Shown: positions 43,092 to 52,259 of the stretch, one piece after another | Numbering within the stretch: position 1 is the first letter of the stretch | Layout of the letters: every line of letters starts with the position of its first letter | NCBI GenBank assembly: GCA_036822015.1 | Contig: DAISIL010000002.1 | Location: 11,268-75,267, forward strand | Length of the DNA stretch: 64,000 bases | From: Bernardetiaceae bacterium | GTDB lineage: Bacteria > Bacteroidota > Bacteroidia > Cytophagales > Bernardetiaceae | Reading direction: 5' to 3' | Made by a program: the position numbers and the translations under genes | The notes under the pieces: generated by a model | Database searches by the model: none | Seen by the model: the letters and a program-made list of their open reading frames with translations, nothing else | Told to the model about the DNA's origin: nothing

Positions 43092-43858
43092 TGAATATCA
43101 TTGCTTGCATCGATCATCAGATAGGCTATAGGTTAGCCGTCCAGTTGATTCAACTACAAAAATTAGGGGAAATAACTAACTTATGGTTATACACCAACCC
43201 AAGGCCAGCAGAAGCATTCTGGGATGATTGTTTTTACTTAAAAGAAGTATATACTTTTGAAAATATATTTGCTTTTAATAACGATCAAGAAATAATAAAG
43301 CATACAAAAAATTATGTTATTGATTATATATTTTTGTTGTCATGGAAGCATTTGGTGTCAAAGGAACTTATAGAACATTCGCAAAAAGGTTGTATCAATC
43401 TTCATTACAGCCTTTTGCCAAAATTTCGCGGGGTTTATCCTGTTAATTGGGCGATTATCAACGGAGAAAAAGAGACAGGTCTTACTTTTCACTTTGTGAA
43501 TCAAGGCATAGATGCAGGTGATATTATTTTGCAAAGAAAACTAAGTATATCACTTACCGAAACAGCTAAGTGCCTACTCGAGCGATTAGATGATTTAGCT
43601 GAACAGGCATTTAGGGAGTTGTGGGATATGATAAAGTCATACCAGACCTTACCACGAAGACCACAAACCATTGTTGCGGATTACTATTCAAGAAAACGAT
43701 TCTTGCAAATCTGTCAGCTATCTTTAACAGAAACTGTTACTGGTGGGGAGTTGCTAAACCTCTTACGTGGAACAACCTTCGGTGCGCAATCAAATCTCTA
43801 TTTTCTCGACGAAAAACAGCAGAAAGTGTATATCACGATTCAATTTCACCCAGAATAA
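43091..43858 (+). CDS. Formyltransferase (sugar N-formyltransferase-like, Formyl_trans_N family)
   Basis: INLHYSLLPKFRGVYPVNWAIINGEKETGLTFHFVNQGIDAGDII contains the formyltransferase catalytic motif (H-x-SLLP-x-x-RG ... N ... D). Too short to be Fmt/PurN with their extra domains, and sits in sugar-modification context. Confidence 0.7.
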   Translation: MNIIACIDHQIGYRLAVQLIQLQKLGEITNLWLYTNPRPAEAFWDDCFYLKEVYTFENIFAFNNDQEIIKHTKNYVIDYIFLLSWKHLVSKELIEHSQKGCINLHYSLLPKFRGVYPVNWAIINGEKETGLTFHFVNQGIDAGDIILQRKLSISLTETAKCLLERLDDLAEQAFRELWDMIKSYQTLPRRPQTIVADYYSRKRFLQICQLSLTETVTGGELLNLLRGTTFGAQSNLYFLDEKQQKVYITIQFHPE

Positions 43859-44691
43859 TGGCTGATACGATGCAATACATCGACAACATCAAGTGCTACG
43901 CCCCAGAGCTAGCCCATGCCAACGCAGATTACCCTGTCGAGGCTTTTGAGGAACTGTATAAAATTGAAACAGAAAATTTCTGGTTTTTTTCCCGTAATGC
44001 CGTTTTGCAGCATCTGTTCAAAAAATATCTCGGCACAGATCAGAAACATATCCTCGAGATCGGCTGTGGGACGGGCTTTGTACTGCATGGCTTATCCCAG
44101 AAGTTTCCCAACTATGTGCTTTCAGGATCGGAGATACACGTAGCTGGGATACATTTTGCTCAAAAACGCTTGCCCGAGGTTGAGTTTGTGCAGTTGGATG
44201 CTACCCGGATGCCATTTACGGATACTTTTGATGCCGTGGGCGCTTTTGATGTATTGGAGCATATTGAAGAAGATGTTCAGGTAATGAAAGAAGTTCAGAA
44301 GTCTTTAAAAAAAGAGGGTTTATTTTTTATTTCCGTTCCTCAATATCAGTGGATGTGGAGCATCGCCGATGATGTTGCCTATCACAAACGCCGCTACACG
44401 CGCCAGATGCTCGGTACACGCCTCCGCGAAGCGGGCTTTGAGGTGCTATACATGGGGTCTTTTGTGGCCACGCTTTTCCCGCTCATGTATGCCTCACGTC
44501 TGCTCAAGCGCAGGCACACAGGTAAGCTCACCGAAGCCGAGGCAAGGGCTTTATCCATGCAAGAATTGCAACTTTCACCAACACTCAATGCTATTTTGCG
44601 CCAACTGATGCGCATAGATGAGGGGTTGATTAAGAAAAATGTATCTTTACCCTTTGGTGGCTCGTTGCTTGCCGTAGCCCGAAAAAAATAA
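43858..44691 (+). CDS. Class I SAM-dependent methyltransferase
   Basis: ILEIGCGTGF motif I, and FDAVGAFDVLEHI motif. ATG at 43858 overlaps the upstream stop (TAATG). Confidence 0.65.
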   Translation: MADTMQYIDNIKCYAPELAHANADYPVEAFEELYKIETENFWFFSRNAVLQHLFKKYLGTDQKHILEIGCGTGFVLHGLSQKFPNYVLSGSEIHVAGIHFAQKRLPEVEFVQLDATRMPFTDTFDAVGAFDVLEHIEEDVQVMKEVQKSLKKEGLFFISVPQYQWMWSIADDVAYHKRRYTRQMLGTRLREAGFEVLYMGSFVATLFPLMYASRLLKRRHTGKLTEAEARALSMQELQLSPTLNAILRQLMRIDEGLIKKNVSLPFGGSLLAVARKK

Positions 44692-44712
44692 AAAACTATT
44701 GATCGACTGCTT

Positions 44713-45846
44713 ATGAACGTTCCCTTTAATCTCCCCTACATGACCGGACGGGAGTCCGAGTATATCCAGGCGGCCGTCGCCTCCGGCAAAATTTCGGGGG
44801 ACGGGGTATTTACCCACAAGTGTCATGCGTTTTTTGAGCAGCGTTACAGTTTTCCCAAGTGCCTCCTGACGACCTCCTGCACCGATGCGCTCGAGATGTG
44901 CGCCCTGCTCCTGGATATCAAGTCCGGCGACGAGGTCATTGCCCCGAGTTATACCTTTGTCAGTACCGTTAATGCTTTCGTTCTACGGGGTGCAAAAATT
45001 GTCTTTGCTGATAGCGAAGCCAACACGCCCAATATGGATATTTCAAAAATTGAATCTTTGATTACGCCGCGTACGAAGGTAATCGTTGTTGTGCATTATG
45101 CCGGTGTGGCTTGTGATATGGATGCCGTGATGGCACTGGCTGAGCGGTATGGTTTGTTTGTGGTGGAGGATGCAGCCCAGGCAGTAGATAGTTTTTACAA
45201 GGATCGTCCGTTGGGGAGCATAGGACATCTGGCGGCTTTTTCGTTCCACGAAACCAAAAATATCATCAGCGGAGAAGGTGGAATGCTGGTCGTCAATGAT
45301 GAACAATTCGCCAAACGCGCCGAAATTATCCGCGAAAAAGGGACAAATCGCAGTGCTTTTTTTCGGGGAGAGGTGGACAAATACGGCTGGGTGGATGTAG
45401 GTTCTTCCTTTTTGCCTTCGGATATTATTGCTGCTTTTCTTTTTGCACAACTCGAAAATCTTGCTGATATTCAGGCATGTAGAAAGCAAATCTGGCAGCG
45501 TTATTACGAGGCGTTCAGACCTTTGGCAGAGCAGGGACACCTCCGTTTGCCGCACTTACCCGACTACGCCCACAACAACGGGCATCTGTTCTTTGTCCTC
45601 TGCCGAGACCTCGAAGAACGGACGGCACTCATACAGCACCTCAAGGCAGCGGGCATCTGGGCCGTTTTTCATTATCTGGCTTTGCATCAGTCGCCGTTTT
45701 ACAAAGACCAGCATGACGGCCGGACGCTGCCCTACTGTGAGCAGTACGCGGACGGATTGGTACGGCTGCCACTTTTTTATCAAATCACGGAAGCGCAGCA
45801 GTCCAGGGTCATAGATGCTGTCTATGAATTTTTTGATAAAAAATGA
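44713..45846 (+). CDS. DegT/DnrJ/EryC1-family sugar aminotransferase, WecE-like (dTDP-4-keto-6-deoxyhexose 4-aminotransferase)
   Basis: Near end-to-end motif identity with E. coli WecE: PSYTFVSTVNAFVLRGAKIVF, VHYAGVACDMD, FVVEDAAQA, FSFHETKN, REKGTNRS-FFRG-VDKY-W-D-GSS, VFHY-LH. Confidence 0.85.
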   Translation: MNVPFNLPYMTGRESEYIQAAVASGKISGDGVFTHKCHAFFEQRYSFPKCLLTTSCTDALEMCALLLDIKSGDEVIAPSYTFVSTVNAFVLRGAKIVFADSEANTPNMDISKIESLITPRTKVIVVVHYAGVACDMDAVMALAERYGLFVVEDAAQAVDSFYKDRPLGSIGHLAAFSFHETKNIISGEGGMLVVNDEQFAKRAEIIREKGTNRSAFFRGEVDKYGWVDVGSSFLPSDIIAAFLFAQLENLADIQACRKQIWQRYYEAFRPLAEQGHLRLPHLPDYAHNNGHLFFVLCRDLEERTALIQHLKAAGIWAVFHYLALHQSPFYKDQHDGRTLPYCEQYADGLVRLPLFYQITEAQQSRVIDAVYEFFDKK

Positions 45847-47777
45847 TACTCATGGCGTTTTTAGAAAATTATTTCTTTTTTGTTGTAACTTTATCTTTCT
45901 TTTATTTTATTGGAGCTTTGCCCGCCTGGCTTTACCGCCGATTTATTCCGCACCAGATGGCGGATATTTTTACGGCGCTTGTTCTGGGGCAGGGGATTTT
46001 GGTTACGGGCTATGCCTTGTTCAAGACCGAAGGACAGACGATGTTTGTGTTGGCTGTGCCGTTTTTGTGGTGGGCATATCGCGTATGGCTTCTCCAGGAA
46101 CGCCCATTTAGCGGCTCCTCTAGCCGATGGACGATTCCTTTGCTGCTTTTGTTTTCTTTGGTTGTTTATGGCTGGGAGGCTTTCTTTTTTCTTGATGAAG
46201 CAGGGGCAGGACAGATAGTTTTTACAGATTTAAATTTTTATGCGCGTGTAGCCAATGCCATGCGTCTGGTCGGCTTGGAAAGCATCAAAGCACAGTTTTA
46301 TTTCCTAGATCCGACGCTTAGCCCGGGCATTGACTTGTATCACTTTTACGAACTATGGCTAACTGCTTTATCCATAGATATTTGGAATCTGCCCCCAAAC
46401 TATGCTTATCTCTTGGTGGCCATGCCGAGCATTTATTTTATTTCGTTGCTGGGGCTTTACGCGCTCCTGGAGTGCTATGCTGCGGAGGTGAAGCCCTGGC
46501 TATTTGCTGGCTTGGCGATTTTGTTGTTGTTCGTAAAAGGTATTCATTTTGATTTTTATGAATCCAACCGATTGATGCAATATTCCACGTACCTGTTGTA
46601 CGAACAACTGCTCTGGAAAAAAGTATCCGTTTATCAGCCCTTGATACTACTGGCCATGATTTGGTTCAGCCGTCGCAATTTCAAGCAAGGGTTGATATTG
46701 CTTTTTTTATTACCGATCTATGCCATCACCACTTTTCCAGCAATTTCGGGCGCGGCCCTGATCTTGTGGTTGGCTTTGTGGTACTGGCGACGGCTATCCC
46801 TCCGGCAGATGCTCTGGGGCATAGGAGCGGTAGGTTTGTATCTGTTTGTTTTTTTGCTTTGGTATCAAGAACTAAAAACAGTATCCTCCCTTACGCCTAA
46901 AACAGCACTAGATACACTTTTCCAATTTGATTTGGGGACACTCAAAACGAAAGTTTCATTTTTTGTCGGGACGCTCATCAAAACCGTACTACTTTATCTG
47001 CCTTTTTTCCTCATTCCCTTACTTTGGGTTCGACCGTATGCACTCGTGAAGGCACATAAGGAGACTTGGCTTTGGTTGGTTGGGCTGTTTGCGAGTGGAT
47101 TGCTTACCTGGGCGATACTCTACGGTATGGATCAGGTCCGGCAGCTACATCTACACACGGCCGCCATTGCCTGGATGCTTGCTGCGGCCCTGACTGCCAT
47201 GCACGTCTGGGAAAGCCAACGTGGAAGATGGGCTTTTTTGGTAGTCTTTGTAGGTTTAGCTATGTTTAATGTTTATGATAGTTTCCAAAAACAACGTTAC
47301 TTTATTCAGTCAGAGACGCTTAGATACACTACAGATTATCTCCTACAAATCAAAACCAGCCTGCCTCAAAACCGACTTTGTTATGGGGTGTCGATCACTG
47401 CTCCGGAAGAGTATCCTCGGCTCAAGCAGGGCTATACACCACACATGATGCAGCGCGGCGAGTATCTGAGCAACTTTTACACCCAAACGATGACCTATCA
47501 GATGGATAACTTTCTGGAGGCAATGAAATATGTACCCAACTACCGCACCCAGGATTTGCTTTATTTGCCTTTTTATCGCTTCGTTGAACGCCAAAAAGCG
47601 GCTGGTACTTTTCTGGACATCCCGAGCAGCCAGGCGGACTTTTTTTTGACGCATAAGTTTGACTATCTCATTGCTTCTCCCGAGGCTGTTGTCCCGAAAG
47701 CTATCCGCCAAAGGGCTAAGCGCGTCCTGACCGATCCCAAAAGTGGTGAACGTTTTTTTATCTTTGTCCCGCTATGA
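45843..47777 (+). CDS. Large polytopic membrane protein, candidate GT-C-type glycosyltransferase (ArnT/GtrC/PMT-like) - uncharacterised
   Basis: About 12 hydrophobic helices over the first ~470 aa and a ~170-aa soluble C-terminal domain. Sits at the end of a GtrB/ArnC-like GT2 operon. No motif-level confirmation is possible by eye. Confidence 0.5.
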   Translation: MILMAFLENYFFFVVTLSFFYFIGALPAWLYRRFIPHQMADIFTALVLGQGILVTGYALFKTEGQTMFVLAVPFLWWAYRVWLLQERPFSGSSSRWTIPLLLLFSLVVYGWEAFFFLDEAGAGQIVFTDLNFYARVANAMRLVGLESIKAQFYFLDPTLSPGIDLYHFYELWLTALSIDIWNLPPNYAYLLVAMPSIYFISLLGLYALLECYAAEVKPWLFAGLAILLLFVKGIHFDFYESNRLMQYSTYLLYEQLLWKKVSVYQPLILLAMIWFSRRNFKQGLILLFLLPIYAITTFPAISGAALILWLALWYWRRLSLRQMLWGIGAVGLYLFVFLLWYQELKTVSSLTPKTALDTLFQFDLGTLKTKVSFFVGTLIKTVLLYLPFFLIPLLWVRPYALVKAHKETWLWLVGLFASGLLTWAILYGMDQVRQLHLHTAAIAWMLAAALTAMHVWESQRGRWAFLVVFVGLAMFNVYDSFQKQRYFIQSETLRYTTDYLLQIKTSLPQNRLCYGVSITAPEEYPRLKQGYTPHMMQRGEYLSNFYTQTMTYQMDNFLEAMKYVPNYRTQDLLYLPFYRFVERQKAAGTFLDIPSSQADFFLTHKFDYLIASPEAVVPKAIRQRAKRVLTDPKSGERFFIFVPL

Positions 47778-48208
47778 AATCTATCGCCATCATCAACGGG
47801 CCCAACCTCAACCTGCTGGGCATCCGCGAGCCGGAGCTATACGGCAAACGCGGTTTTTTACATTTTTTAGAAGAACTCCAAGCGGAGTTTGGACAGGTTG
47901 CCATCGACTACTTTCAGTCCAATATCGAGGGAGAACTGATCGACCATTTGCATCGGGTGGGCTTTACGGCAGATGCCATCTTGTTCAATGCCGGTGGATA
48001 TACGCATACCTCGGTTGCTTTGCGGGATGCGGTTTCGGCGATTTCGGCGCCGGTCTTGGAGGTTCACCTGACACAGATTTACGCTCGGGAAACGTTCCGC
48101 CATCGGAGCTTTCTCTCGCCCGTCTGTGTGGGAAGTATCTCTGGGCTGGGGCTAGAGGGCTATCGCCTGGGGCTCCTGTATTTCGTTCGGCAATGGGAAA
48201 CGCCTTGA
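47774..48208 (+). CDS. aroQ: Type II 3-dehydroquinate dehydratase
   Basis: IAIINGPNLNLLGIREPELYG N-terminus and HLHRVG...NAGGYTHTS motifs. Overlaps the upstream gene by 4 nt. Confidence 0.9.
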   Translation: MKSIAIINGPNLNLLGIREPELYGKRGFLHFLEELQAEFGQVAIDYFQSNIEGELIDHLHRVGFTADAILFNAGGYTHTSVALRDAVSAISAPVLEVHLTQIYARETFRHRSFLSPVCVGSISGLGLEGYRLGLLYFVRQWETP

Positions 48209-48210
48209 GC

Positions 48211-49065
48211 TTAGGGGCGCATATTTTCCTTGATCGCTTGAAGGCCGTCCACGAAAGAAACTTCGGGTTTCCATTGCAGATATTCCTCTATACGATTGAT
48301 TGATAGGATATTAGATGGTACGTCAAATTGCCTTCCAGGCTTGTAGCGCACCTCCAACGGACGGCCAACCACCTGCCCGATCATCGTGGCAACCTCCCGA
48401 AGGCTATACCCACGTCCGCTACCTACATTAAAAATCTTCTCGGGACTGTGGCGCACAATGGCCGCCCCGATGGCCCGGCAGACATCGTCCACATAGACGT
48501 AATCGCGGATCGTCTTGCCATCGCCCCATATCTCGATGGGCTGATGGTTAAGGGCTTTTTGCATCCAAATCCCGATAACACCTTGTCCTTTATGCAAATT
48601 TTGTCCGATGCCGTAGGCGTTCGAGACCCGCAAGATGACGTAATCAAGCCCGTACAGGTGGTGGTACAGGTGCAGGTATTTCTCTGCGGTGAGCTTCGAT
48701 AGTCCATAGCCGGAGATGGGAAAAGTGGGAGCTGTCTCTGAAATCGGAACTTGTCGGGGAATCCCATAAACTGTACCTCCCGAGGAGATAAAAATAACTT
48801 TTTTTAGGGTAGGGTTTTTACGGGCGGCTTCTAGTAGGTGCAGCCATCCCAGCACGTTGGTTTCCAGGTCAGCGATGGGATCGGCGGTTGCATTTTTCGG
48901 GACGGTACTCCAGGCCAGATGTACCAGCACTTCCTGATCGACTAGCTGGTCAGTCGTTGAGAGATTCTGGCGATCATAGAGGCGAATTGTATGCCCTTGC
49001 CGACGAAGCAGCCCTTGTAGATGCTGCCCAATGAAGCCCGAGCCACCCGTCAGTAGCACGCGCAT
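48211..49065 (-). CDS. NAD-dependent epimerase/dehydratase family protein (SDR)
   Basis: MRVLLTGGSGFIGQHL Rossmann motif, catalytic SGYGLSK (YxxxK). Internal ATG at 49065 preferred, sharing 1 nt with the lgt stop. Confidence 0.8.
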   Translation of the reverse strand: MRVLLTGGSGFIGQHLQGLLRRQGHTIRLYDRQNLSTTDQLVDQEVLVHLAWSTVPKNATADPIADLETNVLGWLHLLEAARKNPTLKKVIFISSGGTVYGIPRQVPISETAPTFPISGYGLSKLTAEKYLHLYHHLYGLDYVILRVSNAYGIGQNLHKGQGVIGIWMQKALNHQPIEIWGDGKTIRDYVYVDDVCRAIGAAIVRHSPEKIFNVGSGRGYSLREVATMIGQVVGRPLEVRYKPGRQFDVPSNILSINRIEEYLQWKPEVSFVDGLQAIKENMRP

Positions 49066-49865
49066 CAGTTGGGGTATTTGCTTGATAAAGCCTGACGCAG
49101 GAGCCATGCCCCTACCAGGATCATGGGAATACTCAATAGCTGGCCCATGTTGAGGGCCAGGGATTGCTCCCATGCTTCCTGATTTTCTTTGAAAAACTCT
49201 ATCAAAAATCGAAAAGAGAAGACCAGTATGAGGTACAAGCCCGTGAGCAACCCGTGTGGGGTTTTTGCGCCGTATTTGTTGTAGGTCAAGAGCAGAATAA
49301 CGAACGTAAGGAGGTTGGTCAGGGATTCATAAACTTGCGTGGGATGGCGCGGAAAATCCTCCCCCAGGCGCGTGAAGATTACGCCCCAGTCTGATCCTGT
49401 GGCTCTTCCGATGATTTCTGAGTTCATCAAGTTCCCGAAACGGATAAAAGCCCCCCCAAGGGCCGCCGTGATGGCGATGCGATCAGCTACCCAGAAATAG
49501 GGCTGATCCGGGTGCTTGCGGGCATAAATGTAAAGAGCAGTGAGCATGGCAATAGCCGCGCCGTGGCTGGCCAGACCGCCTTCCCATATTTTCAAAATTC
49601 GGATGGGATTAGAAAAATAATAGACCGGATCATAAAAAATACAATGTCCTAGCCGCGCCCCAATCACGACGGATAGCACCATAAAGAGCAGCAGCTCGTC
49701 TAAGTCCTTGAGGTTTTTGTTCTCCCGCGTGTAGATGCGCACCATGATATAGTTGCCCACGACAAAGCCCAGCGCGAAGAGCAGGCCGTACCAGCGCATG
49801 GCAAAGTTACCGATGCGAAAAATTTCGGGATCTGGCCCCCACGTGATCGCCGAGAGTAGTTCCAT
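49065..49865 (-). CDS. lgt: Prolipoprotein diacylglyceryl transferase
   Basis: FRIGNFAMRWYGLLFALGFVVG N-terminus, and the GGLASHGAAIA and FGNLMNSEI motifs typical of Lgt. Confidence 0.9.
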   Translation of the reverse strand: MELLSAITWGPDPEIFRIGNFAMRWYGLLFALGFVVGNYIMVRIYTRENKNLKDLDELLLFMVLSVVIGARLGHCIFYDPVYYFSNPIRILKIWEGGLASHGAAIAMLTALYIYARKHPDQPYFWVADRIAITAALGGAFIRFGNLMNSEIIGRATGSDWGVIFTRLGEDFPRHPTQVYESLTNLLTFVILLLTYNKYGAKTPHGLLTGLYLILVFSFRFLIEFFKENQEAWEQSLALNMGQLLSIPMILVGAWLLRQALSSKYPN

Positions 49866-49986
49866 AACTTCATTTATCGTTGTTGGTCTTCAACAAAGGT
49901 AATACAAAAAGCCCAAGCATGGATTACCTGTACCCTTAACAACGTACCTACGTATTTTTTCGTCTTTTTTCAGAAAAAACTTACCT

Positions 49987-50928
49987 TTGATGAACAAAGA
50001 CTTTGGATTGCATCCTATCGTTATGCTAGATATTTCAGAAATAAGAAAGTTTGGTAACATTGAGTTACTCGCCCGCCAGCTTGTCGAGGGTTTTATTACG
50101 GGCTTACACAAATCACCCTATCATGGTTTTTCGGTGGAGTTTGCTGAGCATCGGCTCTACAACACCGGCGAAAGTACCCGCCACCTGGATTGGAAGGTAC
50201 TTGCTCGGACGGACAAACTGTTTGTCAAACGCTACGAAGAAGAGACCAATCTCCGAGCGGCTATTCTGCTGGATGTCTCCTCGTCGATGTATTATCCCCA
50301 GCCTACGCACAACAAAATCGCCTTTGGGATCATGGCCGCAGCCACACTGGGCTATATGCTCCAGAAGCAACGCGATGCCGTGGGGCTGTTTACTTTTGCC
50401 GAAGAGCTGATGAGCCAAACGGCTGTAAAGTCTAGCCAAAGCCATCTACGTCAGCTTTTTATACAGCTTCAAGGCTTGCTTGACTCCACTCCTCCCAAGC
50501 AACAGCGCACCACGGCCACCCCTGTCATTCATCAGATGGCCGCCCGTTTGCACCGCCGCTCTTTGGTCATCTTGTTGAGCGACTTACTCGAAACGGAAAG
50601 CGATATATCCTCCTTGCTGGCGGCACTCCAACACCTCAAGCACCGTCAGCACGAAGTCCTGCTTTTTCATATCCAAGACCAAAGTACGGAGCAAGATTTT
50701 GCCTTTTCAGAACGCCCACACCGCTTTATTGATCTCGAGACAGGGCAAAGTCTCAAGCTCCGCCCTGCCGAAATACGTGCCGAGTACCAACAAAAAGTAA
50801 AAGAAAGAATGGAAGAGATAAAATTGCGTTGCGGAAACTACAAAATTGATCTTATCGAAGTGGATGCTCAAAAAGATATTCGCCAGGTATTGATGCCTTA
50901 CCTCATCAAACGCACCCGGATGCGTTAG
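49987..50928 (+). CDS. DUF58 domain protein (MoxR-associated, VWA-like fold)
   Basis: ARQLVEGFITGLHKSPYHGFSVEFAEHRLYNTGESTRHLDWKVLARTDKLFVKRYEEE is the conserved DUF58 core (GxHxSxxxGxSxEFxxxRxYxxGDDxRxIDW). Confidence 0.65.
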   Translation: MMNKDFGLHPIVMLDISEIRKFGNIELLARQLVEGFITGLHKSPYHGFSVEFAEHRLYNTGESTRHLDWKVLARTDKLFVKRYEEETNLRAAILLDVSSSMYYPQPTHNKIAFGIMAAATLGYMLQKQRDAVGLFTFAEELMSQTAVKSSQSHLRQLFIQLQGLLDSTPPKQQRTTATPVIHQMAARLHRRSLVILLSDLLETESDISSLLAALQHLKHRQHEVLLFHIQDQSTEQDFAFSERPHRFIDLETGQSLKLRPAEIRAEYQQKVKERMEEIKLRCGNYKIDLIEVDAQKDIRQVLMPYLIKRTRMR

Positions 50929-51059
50929 GTGAAGGGATATAAAAGCGTATTAAATTGCTGTTACTTTAAGGGTTTGGCCTAATTTTAGACTTTCCTTAGG
51001 TGTCATTGTACTATTTCTTGGCTCAAAATTTTTCGATCAATCCACTACTAGTTACGCCC

Positions 51060-51533
51060 ATGAAAACCACACTATTGCTCTTTCTAGCGGTACTACTGGC
51101 CGCCCTTACCATTGTCGGATGCTCTGACGGACAAGTATTCAAGGACTTTGAAGATGTCAAGCATTTCCGCTGGGAACAAAACGACGTAAAGACCTTCTCC
51201 GTTGAGGTCAAGGAAGCCGGCAGCCATCGGGTGAGCCTGGCCCTGCGCCACATCACCGAAACTCCCCTTAGCACCGTAACGATGCTGTACACGATCACGG
51301 ATCCGGCGGGTAACATCACCGAAAAGGAAGCCACCTTACGGCTGCGCGATGCCGATACAGGGCAGTTGCTGGGAGAAGTAGCCTATCAGTTTACGGATGC
51401 TGCCCAGGTCGTGGATGCCCAATGGACACCCACCAGTACGGGGGTGTATCGTTTTTCGGTTGCCCACCAGATGCCCGATAACCCCGTCCCGACGATCATG
51501 GAGGTTGGCTTGATCGTAGAAAAAAATGAATAG
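51060..51533 (+). CDS. Small lipoprotein, possibly gliding-motility lipoprotein GldH-like
   Basis: Lipobox LTIVGCS. ~155-aa mature protein with N-terminal VFKDFEDVKHFRWEQNDVKTF and C-terminal MEVGLIVEKNE resembling the GldH family. Assignment is from memory of the family. Confidence 0.4.
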   Translation: MKTTLLLFLAVLLAALTIVGCSDGQVFKDFEDVKHFRWEQNDVKTFSVEVKEAGSHRVSLALRHITETPLSTVTMLYTITDPAGNITEKEATLRLRDADTGQLLGEVAYQFTDAAQVVDAQWTPTSTGVYRFSVAHQMPDNPVPTIMEVGLIVEKNE

Positions 51534-51547
51534 CCGCTGACCTTTCC

Positions 51548-52195
51548 CTACAAGACCATCCCCGATTGTAGGGCAATCTTGACCAGATGGGCTACGTTGC
51601 GGGCATGGAGTTTGCGCAGCAGATTTTTGCGGTAGGTATGTACTGTTTCTGTGCCGATACACAAGCGGTCGGCGATCTCTTTGCTAGATAGTCCATCCAC
51701 GAGCAGACGCAGCACCTCGAGTTCACGTTCGCTGAGGGTGAGGTGCAAGCTGATCGTAGAGTGGGTGTCGGGGGGAGTATCCGTTCGCTTAATCAACGGA
51801 CTATAATACGTCTCTCCGCTCATCACCAGACGCAGCCCCTTCAATAGCTCGGCTTGGCTACCGTCCTTGACCATATACCCATCGGCACCTACTTGTTGGA
51901 GCTTGTCGATCAGGCTTGGCTCGAGGTGCATGGTCAGGAGGGTTATCTTGATGGCGGGTAGCTGGGCTTTGAGGCGGCGGGTAGTTTCGAGGCCATTTAG
52001 TCCGGGCATATCAATATCCATCACCACCAAATCGGGACACAAGATGGGTACTTTTTGGAGGGCCTCCCAGCCGCTATGTGCCGTTGCGATAACCTCAAAG
52101 TCATCCGTTTGTGCGAAGATCATCTGTAAGCCATCCAGGATCAACTGGTGATCGTCGGTAAGAAAAACTTGATGCTTTTTCACGTCAGCAAGCAT
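51548..52195 (-). CDS. LuxR/NarL-family response regulator (REC + HTH_LuxR); orphan
   Basis: REC motifs VFLTDDHQ, VVMDIDMPGLNG, K at GADGYMVK. C-terminal LTLSERELEVLRLLVDGLSSKEIADRLCIGTETVHTYRKNL. Confidence 0.8.
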   Translation of the reverse strand: MLADVKKHQVFLTDDHQLILDGLQMIFAQTDDFEVIATAHSGWEALQKVPILCPDLVVMDIDMPGLNGLETTRRLKAQLPAIKITLLTMHLEPSLIDKLQQVGADGYMVKDGSQAELLKGLRLVMSGETYYSPLIKRTDTPPDTHSTISLHLTLSERELEVLRLLVDGLSSKEIADRLCIGTETVHTYRKNLLRKLHARNVAHLVKIALQSGMVL

Positions 52196-52259
52196 TTGGC
52201 AAAAACTCAACCAAAAGCCGCCGAAAGGAAACCCTTTTTTGGCTTGGTGTGTTTAGGCT

